Shown here piece by piece: positions 24,587 through 37,500 of a DNA stretch of 64,000 nt. The stretch spans positions 2,232,001 to 2,296,000 of the forward strand of contig JBHGNT010000014.1 of NCBI GenBank assembly GCA_043228905.1. The letters are read 5' to 3'. The DNA is from Azolla caroliniana (Eukaryota > Plantae > Polypodiophyta). The notes under the pieces are model-generated. The model was not told the DNA's origin. It worked only from the letters and a program-made list of their open reading frames with translations, and did not search any database. Each line of letters begins with the position of its first letter. The stretch's first letter is position 1. The position numbers and the translations under genes were made by a program.

Positions 24587-27500
24587 AGAAACGTAATTTC
24601 AAGAAAGGTGGTCACCCTAGGGACCCGGAATATGGAACCCCAAGGAGCCAACCGGCACAGAACGCACCACTCACTACGGGAACGACTCCGGCTACCAGCA
24701 ATGCTGAATCCAACAATACCCGTAAAGAGTACTGCTACTACTGCAGGCAGGAAGGCCACTACAGTAACCAGTGCCCGGTAAAGAGCTACGAGAAACGACC
24801 AGCAGTTAATATGGTGGTTCCGGAAGTGACGGATGTACAGCAAGTAACCACACGGTCGAAAGGCATGGCCAAAGAGTGGGAAACACAAGAGGCCATACGA
24901 AAACAGGCGACGGAATGGGTGAAGGAAGCCAATGAAAGGAACGTCGCAGACGCGGAACGGCAAAAGGCGAATACCATAGGGAGTGTCGGCGGTAGCCACC
25001 CAGAAAACGAGACCTGGCAAGCACTGCAAGAATGTCAGATCACGTTGCCATTAGGAAGACTCTTACAGCTCGTGCCGCGATTTACGGAAGGGCTAAAAAC
25101 GGTCATGACAGACGGTATAGCCCCACCGGCACCAGTCCTTTTCTCGAATCCGGAGGAGGGACCGACGGTGGTGGACACAAGTAGTCCGGTGATTACAGCT
25201 ATTGTCAAAGGGCACGAACTTCCCGGCACAGTAATCGATGGAGGTTCCGGGGTGAACGTAATAAGCCTCCACACGTGTAATGCCTTGGGTATACATGAAT
25301 GGGAGCCATGTCCGTTCTGGCTACGGATGGTGGATACGAGCTCTGTACGGCCGACGGGCTTAATACGGAAATTGGAAATCACCATAGGAGGCCACACATT
25401 TCACATCTCCGCTGTAGTGCTGCAGCTACAGGCGCAAGGCGCGTACCCGCTGTTGCTGGGTAGACCATGGTTGAAAACAGCACACATCAAGCAAAATTGG
25501 CGGAAAAATATGATTACCTTCCGGCGCGGAAAAGCCAAGGTCCGGGTTCCGACACAACCACGGACGAGCAACGGTAAGGAATGCACACCGCTATATGCGG
25601 AATGCGTGAACATGCTTGAAGGGTTGGCAGACGACGAAGAAGCCCAGTACTTGGAAGAACACCCGAAGATCGTACCACTCTTCGAGATTGACGTGGCTGA
25701 AGCCGTAGCGCCATACTTGCCGCAGCGGGACGAAACCGAAGCCGAACCAGACAAAGATGCGATTCGGGAATTACGGCAAGCACAGGAAGCGTTGGAACGG
25801 GAAATGGCCGTTTCCCAACGGGTAAAGGCATCCCAGCTCGACGAAGTGAACCTAGGAAGCAAGGACGAATCAAAGCCGGTACACATCGCCAAAGAAATGA
25901 AGCCGGAAGATAAAGCGGCGATGATCAAACTTCTCACGGAGTTTCGCGACGTATTCGCCTGGTCATACGAAGACATGCGAGGGCTGGACCCTCAATTATA
26001 TCAGCATCAGATCCACTTAGGCAAGGACGCGAAACCAGTGGCGCAACGATGTTACCGAATGAACCCCAACTACGCCGCCAAAGTGAAGGAGGAAATCGAC
26101 AAACTCCTAAGAGTGGGCTTCATCCGGCCGGTAAAGAAAGCGACGTGGCTGAGCCCCATCGTCGTCGTTCCCAAGAAGAACGGTAAAATCCGCGTGTGTG
26201 TAGATTACAGGAAACTAAATGCCGCCACAATTACGGATGCATTCCCTCTTCCATTCACGGACGGAGTACTGGATGCCGTCGCCGGTCATGAAGTCTATAG
26301 TTTTTTAGACGGGTTCAGCGGATACAATCAAATCCGGATGCACCCTGATGACCAGGAGAAGACAACGTTCGTCACCGAATGGGGGCTGTTTGTGGCCGAA
26401 GTAATGATGTTCGGCCTAAAAACGGCACCAGCAACTTTCCAGCGAATCATCATGGAGATCTTCGGCGAATACATTCCTGCCTTCATGCAGGTTTTCCTGG
26501 ATGATTTTGCAGTCTATAGCCGGGGAAAAGACCATTTGCAGCACCTACGGTTATGCCTTGAAAAGTGTAGGTTATACCGGCTAAGCTTAAACCCAGCAAA
26601 ATGCATCTTTGGAGTTTCAAGTGGAATATTGCTGGGACACATTGTAAGTAAGGAGGGCATTGCGGTCGACCCGGACAAAGTAAACGCGATACTAGGGGCA
26701 CCGGCGCCGAAAACGGCCAAAGCACTAAGCCGATTCTTAGGACAGATCCGGTGGCACAGCCGGATGCTCCGTCACTTGGCTGACTTGGCTACACCATTAC
26801 ACACCGCGGTACATCGGACACCGTTCCAATGGACGGATACGGAGGATAAGGCATACAATGCCCTGAAGGTACTTTTGTCGCAAGCACCCGTCGTGCAGCC
26901 TCCGGATTGGAGCAAGGAATTTCACGTGTTCGTTGACGCGTCCGACATCGCTATCGGCAGCGCCTTAATGCAACTTACGGAGCCTAAATGGTACCGGCCG
27001 GTATATTACGCCAGCCGGAAGCTGTCCCAAGCGGAGAAGAACTATTCAACGACGGAACGGGAGGCCCTGGGCATGATCTACAGTGTAACAAAGTTTCGTC
27101 ATTACCTATTGGGAAGGAAGTTCTCCTTTCATGTGGATCACTCGGCGCTCCTGTACTTAGTGTCCAAGGCGTCCCTGACCGGTAAGTTGGCCCGTTGGAC
27201 CTTGCTGTTGCAGGAGTTCGAATTCGAGATCTTCCACCGGCCCGGTATCCAGCATGCCGTAGCAGACTACCTGAGCCGGTTAGAGTCCGGAGAATCAGGC
27301 GACGGAGTAGCGGATGAATTCCCGGACGCAGAGTTATTCCGTATCACCCCGGAAACGGCAGCGGACGACACGGTGGCATCAGAAGATAGGTGGCTGACAA
27401 ACATGCACCAGTTCCTAAGCACGGGCCTGCCACCGGAGGAAATGAACCGGGACGAGAGGAAACGACTGGCGGTGCAGAGCCACAATTTCTGTCTGTTACG

Positions 27501-28812
27501 GGACACTCTCTACCACAAGGGAGCAGATGGAATATGGAGACGGGCAGTCCGTAGTGACAAGAAACAAGTAATCTTACGGGAAGCACACTGTGGGGTTGCC
27601 GGAGGACACTATGCCGGGGAAGCGACGGCAAGGAAAGTATGGCAGAGCGGCTTATGGTGGCCCACGACGTTAAAAGACGCCGTCAAGTATGCTAAGGAAT
27701 GCGACCTATGCCAACGAATGGGCCAGCCTACGGAGCAAGCACGGATGCCACACCAACCGGTACTTCCACTAGAGCCATTTCAGAAGTGGGGGTTGGATTT
27801 TGTCGGACCGTTCAAGCCACCGGCAATGAGAACGGGAAATCGTTATGTCATCGTGGCAACAGATTATTGCACTAAATGGGTGGAGGCTAAGGCCTTGAGA
27901 GACAATACCGCGTCATCCACAGCAAAATTCCTGTACGAAAACATTTGGTGCCGATATGGATGTCCGATTGAATTAATCAGCGACCAAGGAGGGCACTTCC
28001 TCGGCCAGGTAGTGGAAAGCTTAACAACGTTCTATGCCGTGGTTCATAAACGGAGCACACCGTACTACCCACAAGCGAACGGGTTAGCAGAGTCCACCAA
28101 CAAAACGTTGCAGAACATTCTCCGCAAAATTGTCAATGAAAACCGGACGGACTGGGACACAAAGCTCCATAGCGCGCTATGGGCGTACAGAACGGCATAC
28201 AAAACAAGTATCCGGACAACGCCGTTCCGGTTAGCATTCGGCTTAGAAGCGGTCATGCCGGTGGAATTTCAGGTACCAAGCTTACGGATCCAACTACGAG
28301 AACGGCTGAATGAAAAGAAGTCGGAGGAAATGCGGCTAGCAGCACTATGCGAACTGGAGGAGCAACGGATGGCCAACATCCTACACCTGGAACAGGAGCA
28401 ACGACGACGGAAAGCGTTCGTTGACCGTCACCGGAAAGGTAACGAAAAGATGTTCGAAATCGGAAAGCCGGTTCTAGTATTCCAAACGAGGATGGGCAAA
28501 ATGCCGGGTAAACTCCGGTTTAGATGGACAGGCCCGTATTGGCTGACACGGGAATACAACGGGTCCTATCAGATAGGGACACTTGCCGGTGAAGTACTAG
28601 GCAAGTGGGTAAACGGATTTAGACTAAAGCCCTATAAAGGACCGATGCCAAAGAACCCGTTTATGCAGCTCACCGGCACTATACCGGGAACCTGTCCGGG
28701 ATCGGTACGGATGGAAGAAAAAGACGACGGGGAACCCGTAGCAGAGGTGAAGGAAGACACGGCAACCCGTAAGGAAAACGGTAAGGGTCCGAAGGGACCT
28801 ACGGATGTGTAA
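24587..28812 (+). CDS. pol: Gypsy gag C-terminus plus pol (third zinc knuckle, protease, RT, RNase H, integrase), open reading frame intact
   Basis: CYYCRQEGHYSNQC; VIDGGSGVN (protease); LDGFSGYNQI, MMFGLKTAPATFQR and VFLDDF (RT); VFVDAS and YSTTEREAL (RH); AHCG..GGH...CDLCQ, WGLDFVGP and YYPQANGLAE (INT). No chromodomain. Confidence 0.95.
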
Positions 28813-29207
28813 GGTCACACACCGTCATTAAAAAAATAAAAAATAAAAATAAAAATAAAAATAAAAAATAAAAATAAAAATCATTAAAAATCGAGGTATG
28901 AACGGGTGTGAAAGCAAGGAGCGAAAAGGTACGTAGTGGGCATTTAAGAGCCGCCACGCTACTTAATACTAAATTGGTACACGACGTGTGCATGCTCGAA
29001 AAAGGCGCCAAAACGCACAAAGAAGAAGCAGAACGCATGGAGACCTTTTCATTTCGCGAGCCAAGAAGCACAGAAGCACCAAGGCGGTGGAAGCTTACCA
29101 AACGCGAACTTGCACTCAGAGAACCTCCACGTTCGGAACGCTCTCTCTCTCGCTCTCACTCTCATCACCACTCTACCTCGCCATCTTCCCTCGACCTCGA
29201 AGCAGAC

Positions 29208-31883
29208 ATGGAACCACAAACGCTGTCGGAAGCGGCCAGGAAATGGTTTAGGCAACACAGACTGGAGGGGTTCTTGGCCATCATGGAGGCACCACCGCAC
29301 AGAGAAGCCAACCGGGTCATCAAGGAGCTCGACACAGAAGTCATCACCGAGGAAGCGATCCGTGCGCTGACAGGCCTTCCGGAGGGAGGTATCTTTCAGA
29401 TCGATAACCCAACCCCGGAGCAACTCATCCGATATTTCGGTGAGTACTCTGTTGCCGGCAAAGGCTATCGAACGCAGGGCGGCGAAGATCCGCTATTCAG
29501 GGAAATAGCTCGAGTGCTCCATGAGTACGGCCACGTGTACCCCCGACCCCCTGTCATGCCAAAAAATCGGGCAGGGATGATCATAGCCACCTATGAAGGG
29601 ACCAAGGTGGATTGGCCGGTGTTGATTGCAGACGGTTTGTGCGTGGCAATCGACATGGTACGAGGAAAGGACGGCAAAGAGGGCCGGAAGCTGTGGCATG
29701 CCGTAGCTCAGTGGATAACATTGCTCGTGCCGCCGGTCGAGACCGTTCAGCCAAAGAAGCGGCCAAGAGTATCGGAAGGAAGCACCTCGAAGCCGGCGTC
29801 CAAACGACAGCAGCTGCTGGCGTCGAAGGCGACGAAAGGGAAGAAACGGGTGACAGAACCGGAGGAGGTGTCATCGGTCCGACCCGTTAAGATAACCATA
29901 CGGCGACCGGGACAGAAGGAATCGGAACCCTTGACGGCACAGAAACATGCCGTTACACAGGAAGAGGAAACGGAGGAGCCAGAAGAGCACCTCCAACGAC
30001 GGTCAAGAAGTAGGACCGCCGAGACAGGAGGGGAGCGGTCGTACCCGCGAGAGGCAGAAACGCTCCCAACTCAACCTGAGCAAACCACAAGGGAGGAACC
30101 GGAACCGGTGCGTAGGGAACCGGTTTTGTCGACTTCTATAGAAGAAGTCATTCCAACGGCTCCGGAGACGGCGAGAACCGGAACTCAACAGCCGGCGAGC
30201 CCAGCCAGCACACACGGCGGCCAAGGAGTAGAACCAGAACGGCATATGCAGGCACTCAGGCCAGACAATTCCACAGTGAATGAGCCGACCCGACCAGTAC
30301 AGCAGCAAGGCACCAGTAGCATGTGGCTACGGTGGGTAGGCGAGCAAATCGCCGGAGCGGTCGAGTATATAGAGGCGGAAGAGAGAGCGCACCAGGAATG
30401 GTTGCTCGTCACAACCGTAGATCTAGAGACGGCCCGGTCCAGAATCCGGAGCCTTGAACAAGACTTGGACAGGGCTTTGACAACACAAGTCCAAGCACCG
30501 GTGACTCCGGGTAATGTACAGAATAAAGCGGCAGATCAACCTGTACATAGAAATCAGACCCCGGCAATGGAAACCGTTCCGGAGAGAAATGCGGCACAAG
30601 CCCAAGAGCTTGCGGATTTAAAGGATGAGCTAGCTGCCCAAGAAGCGCTGAGGAGCCGCGAAAGAGAATTGAAGACGGCAGCGGAGGCAGAACTCAAAAA
30701 GACTGCTGAGAATCTACGTCGGGCCGAGGAGAGCTTACGGAAAGGCCACCAAGCGTACGACCGGCTCAAGGAGGAAAAGGAGAAAATGCTGCAAGAGAAG
30801 GACAGGCTCCGGAGGAACGCCGAAACAGAAGTAGAGCGCCTGAAAGAGGAACTCCGGCAGGTAAAGGACCGGGAAGACCGGAACCATCGCCAGATCAACG
30901 GCAAGCTCAAACAAAAAACAGAGGAATTTGAGAACTTGCACCGGGAGTATAAACGGTTGCAAACGGAGCACAAGGAACGGACGGATGAGCTCTGGCAAGC
31001 AGTTGATCGGACCGCAACCGCATTCGCCAAGGAACAAGCGGAAACCAAAAGACGGTTGGAAGAGGCGGAGAAGGTTCGGACAGAGCTCCTCAGGCAACAG
31101 CAGGCGGAAAAAGAAAGAGCGGCGAAGGTACTGCAGAGGCTGCAAACGACATATCAAGGGCAGCTGACGCGCTACAGAGAGCAGGCGGAGGATACGGCAA
31201 ATCTCATCAAGCAGTTGAAGGAGGAGCGACAAGTGGTGGAAAGCAGAGCGCAAATGGGAGCAAGTCGCATCCAGGATATAATGCGGGCCTGGTTGAACCA
31301 GACCAAGAGCTTGATTGACAACGGTTCCGTCAAATGGTGGACCAAGTGGGCCACGAACGCGGCGGAACTCCAATTGCTCCGGGCCGACGTAGAGAACCGG
31401 CGGAAGGAGGGAGATGATTGCTATATGCTGACTTCCGAAGACTTCACCGGCATAAGAGATGAGCTTGCCGAAGACTTTCAAGCCTTGGCAGATGACCAAC
31501 TAGGGCAGGTCCGGCAACTTGTAGCTCAGCTGGACGACGACAGGCTGGAGGCGCAGATCCAGTTTGAAAGCTACGAGAGGTCCCGGATCCGGGGAGAGAA
31601 AGAACGAGAACCGGTTACGGTCAACCTCAGTGATGAGGAACCGTTACTGGAAGGAGACCGGACCGGAAGCAGTCAAACGGAGATGCCGGAGTCAGAGAGA
31701 CAAACGGAGCAGCCGGAGTTAGCGAAACAAACGGAGCAGCAGCAGCAAGCAGAGCAGCCGGAGCAGCCTCAGTCCCAACCGCAACCACAGCAGCAGCAGC
31801 AAGCACAGCCGCAACAACCACAACCGGAAGAACAAGTGGAAATTCTTGAACAAAGTATTTTGGACAATTTGGGTGAACAATGA
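29208..31883 (+). CDS. Additional 3' ORF of the Gypsy element (helical plant-transposon-type N-terminal domain, long coiled coil, Q-rich tail)
   Basis: Open from 28908 with ATG at 29208 (MEPQTLSEAA). Conserved in the second copy (49812 onward). Heptad E/R/K/Q-rich region ~30590-31580. Confidence 0.8.
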   Translation: MEPQTLSEAARKWFRQHRLEGFLAIMEAPPHREANRVIKELDTEVITEEAIRALTGLPEGGIFQIDNPTPEQLIRYFGEYSVAGKGYRTQGGEDPLFREIARVLHEYGHVYPRPPVMPKNRAGMIIATYEGTKVDWPVLIADGLCVAIDMVRGKDGKEGRKLWHAVAQWITLLVPPVETVQPKKRPRVSEGSTSKPASKRQQLLASKATKGKKRVTEPEEVSSVRPVKITIRRPGQKESEPLTAQKHAVTQEEETEEPEEHLQRRSRSRTAETGGERSYPREAETLPTQPEQTTREEPEPVRREPVLSTSIEEVIPTAPETARTGTQQPASPASTHGGQGVEPERHMQALRPDNSTVNEPTRPVQQQGTSSMWLRWVGEQIAGAVEYIEAEERAHQEWLLVTTVDLETARSRIRSLEQDLDRALTTQVQAPVTPGNVQNKAADQPVHRNQTPAMETVPERNAAQAQELADLKDELAAQEALRSRERELKTAAEAELKKTAENLRRAEESLRKGHQAYDRLKEEKEKMLQEKDRLRRNAETEVERLKEELRQVKDREDRNHRQINGKLKQKTEEFENLHREYKRLQTEHKERTDELWQAVDRTATAFAKEQAETKRRLEEAEKVRTELLRQQQAEKERAAKVLQRLQTTYQGQLTRYREQAEDTANLIKQLKEERQVVESRAQMGASRIQDIMRAWLNQTKSLIDNGSVKWWTKWATNAAELQLLRADVENRRKEGDDCYMLTSEDFTGIRDELAEDFQALADDQLGQVRQLVAQLDDDRLEAQIQFESYERSRIRGEKEREPVTVNLSDEEPLLEGDRTGSSQTEMPESERQTEQPELAKQTEQQQQAEQPEQPQSQPQPQQQQQAQPQQPQPEEQVEILEQSILDNLGEQ

Positions 31884-31935
31884 AGGGGCCGAGAAGGGTT
31901 CGACGTACAAGGTACTGTCCCACGGGCGTGCCATG

Positions 31936-32353
31936 TGTTACCGGCCGGCAAGGAGTCCAAAATACGGAGTGAAGGAATTAATTAAGTATGGTTGTAATAA
32001 GCATAGTGTGGACGGACGGACTGGAAACGGTATGCCGTTCCAGATCCGGACGGATCCCGAATAGGTGCGAGAGGCACCGTTTTGTACTACGGGCCGGAAA
32101 CCTATTTAAAGGCCCGAACCCCATTGTAATCACGGCGGATAATTAATAGAGCTTATGATGTTCATACTTCTGTCTTGATTTCCGTTCTGTAATCACTGTT
32201 ATATCTTACGCGTGTAATTAACCAAAGCATTCTTATCGTGTAACCTACGTAAATCGGTGTAATCGTTGAATCTTAATCCTATGCCGTAATCACCCTTTGG
32301 TGAAGTGTCTCCGTGACACCTTGTGTTGGGCCTTGTCCGGCTAGAGAATAACA
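31936..32353 (+). repeat. 3' LTR of Gypsy element
   Basis: Matches 10511-10928; followed by TSD CATGT. Confidence 0.96.
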
Positions 32354-32659
32354 CATGTAAACAATCTAATTACACGACAAACTAGATTGTCATGTATCTA
32401 GCTAGTGCTCAAGTGTAAATGCAGTCAAAGAATATTAGATATTCTTATGACAAAATCGTACTCGAGTGGATATCGATGAGTAGATTCTATCAACAACATT
32501 TAATGTGGCAGTCCCTTGAGGACTTTTTTTGTTAAAACCCCCTTGGCCCATTGTGTTCAGTTGATGATCTTTTGTTGCTTCCTATTATTTGCTTGACTCA
32601 CTTACAGATCCATATTGCTTCCCTACCACAAGCCAGCTCAGACAATAGTCTTCTTCATC

Positions 32660-32900
32660 AACTAGTATCAGAGCTTGAATGGGTTGACAACAACAAAAAC
32701 AACAACAACACAAGGAGAAGGAGAATCAGATGAAGGAAAGGACCAGGCCAGAAATCTCACCTCCCACAGAAGATGGCATCGACATCTGGCACTAGAGTGG
32801 AAATTCAAAAATTTGATGGAAAAAACTTTGCCCTATGGAAGGAGAAGATGTAGGATGTGTTAATCATTTGGTAACAAGTTGAAACAATACGACACAACAT
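32660..32900 (+). pseudogene. Copia PBS-like site and truncated gag N-terminus
   Basis: TAGTATCAGAGC (degenerate iMet PBS), then MASTSGTRVEIQKFDGKNFALWKEKM*DVLI. Confidence 0.7.
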
Positions 32901-33754
32901 CAATACCTAGTGCGCCATAGATCTCCTTTACCTTCGTGGTATAGTTGGTAACCAACATGTCCCTTTTGTCGGACACTATTGAGCTCTTGCCGGAGTTGCA
33001 ACTTCCGTGTCGTGGTACTTGCGGCGAAAATATTTCTGAAATTTTTCCAGGCTTCCTTTGGCGTTTTCACGTCTCTGATGTAGCCCAACATTTGGTTTTG
33101 CATACAGGATGTGAGGCAGTACAAGACTCTGCTCGCTCCTTATTCCCAAGGTGGGAATTCCTTGTGTGCCAAATCCGGTGCTACCTCGTTCGCTCCTTCA
33201 ACATAACTCCAGTAGTCGTGGCCCAGCAGGTATTGGGGCATCTTGTAAGACAAAGACGCGTAGTTGTTTCTGTCGAGCTTCTCTATCTGAAACAAGCTTG
33301 ACATGCTTCTGTCCCTTCTTTCTTCTTTCCTTTTGTTCTTTACTGGAAACTAGGTTTTTTTCTGTCTACCATTTTTCTGTCAGCAGTAGAGGATTCTCAA
33401 CCCTTGCGTTCTGATAGCATGTAAAGTTAATGTGTGGAAGCTTGTAGACACAACCGGCTCAGCTGGATAGCAACAAAAGATAGAACTAAGGTTTAATGGA
33501 TAACTTGAAACACATAGAGAGTAGGCGGAAGAGACAAAGAGAGCATAACACAGAAAAACTATATTAAAAAATAACACTCAATACTTTGTACATACAAATG
33601 TGCATCATAGCACTTTTTATACAAGTCCTTAGAAGGACTGATGGAAGTACTAACAAGTACTTCAATGCTCGTACTAAGCAATAGACACTAACTCCCAAAA
33701 ATATGCCTATGTACTAGGCTAGGACCGTAGGCCTCTAATGGCCTACCGGTTACA
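32900..33754 (-). mobile_element. Copia fragment: LTR (33420-33754), degenerate PBS and gag fragment
   Basis: TGTAA...TTACA termini; TTCTGATAGCA at 33409-33419; gag text KTPKEAWKNF...RKLQLRQEL. Confidence 0.7.
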
Positions 33755-34403
33755 CACAGATCCAGACACCGATCTGGCTCTCAATTCCAGATATTGATCC
33801 AGACACCGATCCGACTCTTCGTTGCGGATTATGATCCAGCTCTGGCTTATTCAACCGATCCAGATCATGTTGAGCTTGTATCTCAACAAGATCTAACAAA
33901 TCAAGTGGAAGGATGTGTGTTGCAAAAAAAGGGGACATTAGGAGTATGTCAATTCATCTTCGAGGACATTATTTGTAGATATGGATGTATTGGAAAGATA
34001 GTGGCAAATAGGGGAGAGCTCAATTCTGCGGAAGCTCAAGATTTTTTCAACAAAGTAGGGATCCGGCTTTTTTTGACAATGACCTACAATCCAGAAGCTA
34101 ATGGCAAAGTGGAAAGAGGACATGGGACAATAATTAAAGGACAGGTCAGTGATTGGCCAAAAATGTTACCCTATGCATTATGGGCTGACAGAACAACTGA
34201 CAACACTGTTATTGGATATATGCCTACAGAACTGATAACAAGACAAAAGCCGATAATGCCAATTGAAGAAAAGATAGCGACATGGGTTGTGTTGCCTTGG
34301 GAATCAGAAATGAGTACGGAGGATTTATTTGCCACTCGAATTCGACAACTTGAGTCCAAGATAGAAGACATAAGCAGCTAGTAGGTTGAAAGAAGCTAGA
34401 ACC

Positions 34404-34541
34404 TGTCAGGAATAGTACTAAAACTGAGAGAGAAATAGTACTGGAGAAGGGAAGTACTATTAGTACTAAGAGGACGGGATTGCGTAAGACTCCCGAGAGA
34501 AGAAGAGGGAAAAGCAGAGAGAAAGAGAGAGAGATAGTGAG

Positions 34542-34598
<57 letters not shown>

Positions 34599-37500
34599 GA
34601 TAACAGATGATATATTATATGAAGAGTAAGTACAAAATAGCTATGAGGCTTAAGACTAGCGTTGAACCAACTTGGTTCAAAATAATGCCTTGTGCCTCCT
34701 TTTATAGTGCTCTCAGGAGTAGTCCTGAAGCTTCTAGAATGTTGTAGAGAAATCTGGAATATACATTAATTTTCTATAGTAAAACTTAAATGAAAATAAT
34801 ATCTTATGTATTACAATAGATAGTGTAATGGTCAAGAGCTCGAACCATATAACATAAGGTCATGTGTTCGAGTCTTGCCATATCATGACTCTATCCCTCC
34901 CTTAAGACAACGAGTGTAACGAGTTGGCCTTGATTGAGGACCGGGTTTGTTCGGATACTGTCGGTGGAAATCAGCAAGAAGATCATGAGCATTGGCGACA
35001 TGCTTGACGGGTTCCCAAGTACGTTCGCAAACGAACTTGGAGTCGAGGACAACAGCAACTTCATACTCCGGGCCGACGTCCAATTCAAGCGGCGGCAATG
35101 TAACACGATCGAGAATAGTGTTGGCCTTATAAGGTTCAAGAAGAGAACTATGGAAGACCAGATGTATCTGAAGTTGTAGAGGAAGATCAAGGCAGAACGT
35201 GGCATCATTAATCTTACCGACAATACGGAAAGGACCGAGTCGTCGATAGTCCAATTTGTCGCACGGTCGAGTAGTCTTGATGTGACGACGTAAGAGCCAT
35301 ACTCAATCTCCGATGGCAAAAGAGGAGGGAAGCCGATGACGATCCGCATAAGTCTTCTATGTGTGTTGAGCATGACGAAGATGAGTAGATAGATCCGTTT
35401 GAATCTTGCGTAGCCTCTCCAAATGATCCTCGGCACGAGGATTGGTAGGTAGCTCCGGGGTGTCGATCTTAAACCAACGAGGATGAAAACCAGTATCAGC
35501 GTAAAATGGGGAGACCCAAGTTGAGGAGTGAATAGCGTTATTATAAGCAAACTCCGCAAAGTGGAGAATATCAGCCCAATCGTCTTGTTGGTAACTCAAA
35601 AAACACCGGAGGTATTGTTCCATCGTTTGATTTGTTCGTTCTGCCTGCTCATTAGTCTTGGGAATGGTAGCCTGAGGAGAGGTTGCAAGAGACCTTGAGC
35701 ATCTTAAAGAGATGCTTCCAAAATTTGGAGACAAATTTAGGTCCTCGGTCACTGATGATACTGTCTGGGAGGCCATGATGCCGAAATACCTCACGCATGA
35801 CAAGAGCGGCAGTTTCTTCACTTGTGATGGCCTTAGCACAAGGCACAAAATGTGCCATCTTAGTATATCGATAAACGAAGATTAAGATAGCATTAAAACC
35901 CTTCGAGACTGGAAGATCTGTGATAAAATCAAGACAAATGGACTGCCACGGCTTACTTGGAATTGGTAAGGATTCCAACAAGCCATATGGATGATGTCGT
36001 GGCATCTTTGCTCGGCAACAACCATCATAGGTCCGAACGTAGTCGTCGACAAAACATCGCATATGGGACCACCCAAAAGATCATTGAACTAGATCCAAAG
36101 TCTTAGTACTACCGAAATATCCCGTTGTATGGGTGTCGTGACAATTTTGGACAATTTGAAGGCGACAAGAGCAATCGGGAACATATACGAGCTTTTTAAA
36201 GAATAACAAACCATCATGATATTCGAATTGTCGGTAGTCCATACCTGGTTCTTGAGACTGGGAACAAGATCCCGAGAGGTATCAATTTGCACTAGAATGG
36301 CTTGAGCAAAACTGTTCGTCTTCAAGTTGGCACGTATGGCATCGATAATTCGGGAATCAAGTGGAGTGTGAAAAATCTGTGTTGTGTGCAAACGTGTTGG
36401 TCCCAAGATTACCTGCTTTTGATTATCAAATGTTGGATCACCAGGACGAGGTGCAAGATATGAACGTCGCGATAGTGCATCTGCTTTTCCTTATAGCTTC
36501 CCCGGCTGATATGTGATTTTGAAGTCAAAACACGTGAGGAATTGGGCCCACCGAGTTTGCTATCGATTTAGTACACAAGCGTTCTGGAAATAAGCAAGAT
36601 TTTTATGATCACTGAAGACGATGACTTAATGTGGAGAGCCCTCTAAGAAGTGACGCCATTGCACAAATGAATCCACGATGGCTAATAACTCCTTGTCATG
36701 TATCTCGTAGTTGATTTCCGTGGCATCAAATTTGCGCGAATGGAAAGCCACATGATGTAACTTTTCTTTATCTGCTTGTTGTGAAAGGATGCTACCGAGG
36801 GCAAAATTCGATGCATCGGCCTCCATCATGAATGGTTTGTTTGTATCCACATGAGCTAGAATAGGAGCTGATGTAAAGGCTTTCTTAAGATGCATAACAA
36901 CCATGTCCGCTTCATTGGACCAAAGAAATGCATGTCCCTTCTTGGTAAGATGTGTGAGAAGCAAAATAATCTTCGAGTAATCTTGTATAAACTTGCGGTA
37001 GAAGTTAGGAAAGCCTAGGAAACATTGTACATCTCGTAACGAACGTGGAGTTTGTCACTCTAGCACAGTTTTGACTTTAGTTGGATCCATGGAGATGCAC
37101 TTTGAGGACATGACGTAGCCTAGAAATCCCACTTGCTTGCAGTCAAAGCTACATTTTTCCAGTTTGGCATAAAGACCATTCACTAGGAGTTGGTTTAGTA
37201 CTAATAGTACATGAGAATCATGCTCTTCCTGGGTCTTCGAATAAATCAATAGATCATCCAGATAGATGATCAAACAGATATCCAAGAGGTTTCTGAATAT
37301 ATCATTTGCCATGTGCTAGAAGACTGTGGGTGCATTGGTTAGACCGAACGGCATAATGGTATACTCGAAGTGCCCATATCAGGTGCGAAAAGTGGTCTTC
37401 TATTCGTCTCCCGGTCGGATCCGCACGAGGTTATACGCTCCTCGTAGGTCGATTTTTGTAAAAAACTTGGCACCATTTACTCGCTCTAAAAGACTTGATA

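Larger units (their letters stand above)
10511..32353 (+). mobile_element. Young full-length Ty3/Gypsy (non-chromovirus, Athila/Phygy-like) LTR retrotransposon, TSD CATGT, with a nested DNA transposon in gag
   Basis: LTRs 10511-10928 and 31936-32353 (TGTTA...TAACA). CATGT at 10506-10510 and 32354-32358. PBS-like TGGCGACCAC at ~10935. Domain order gag-PR-RT-RH-INT, then an additional 3' ORF. Confidence 0.96.

Noticed and set aside
28908-31883. Additional ORF as retroviral-like env
   Set aside because: No signal peptide or clear transmembrane segment; largely charged coiled coil.
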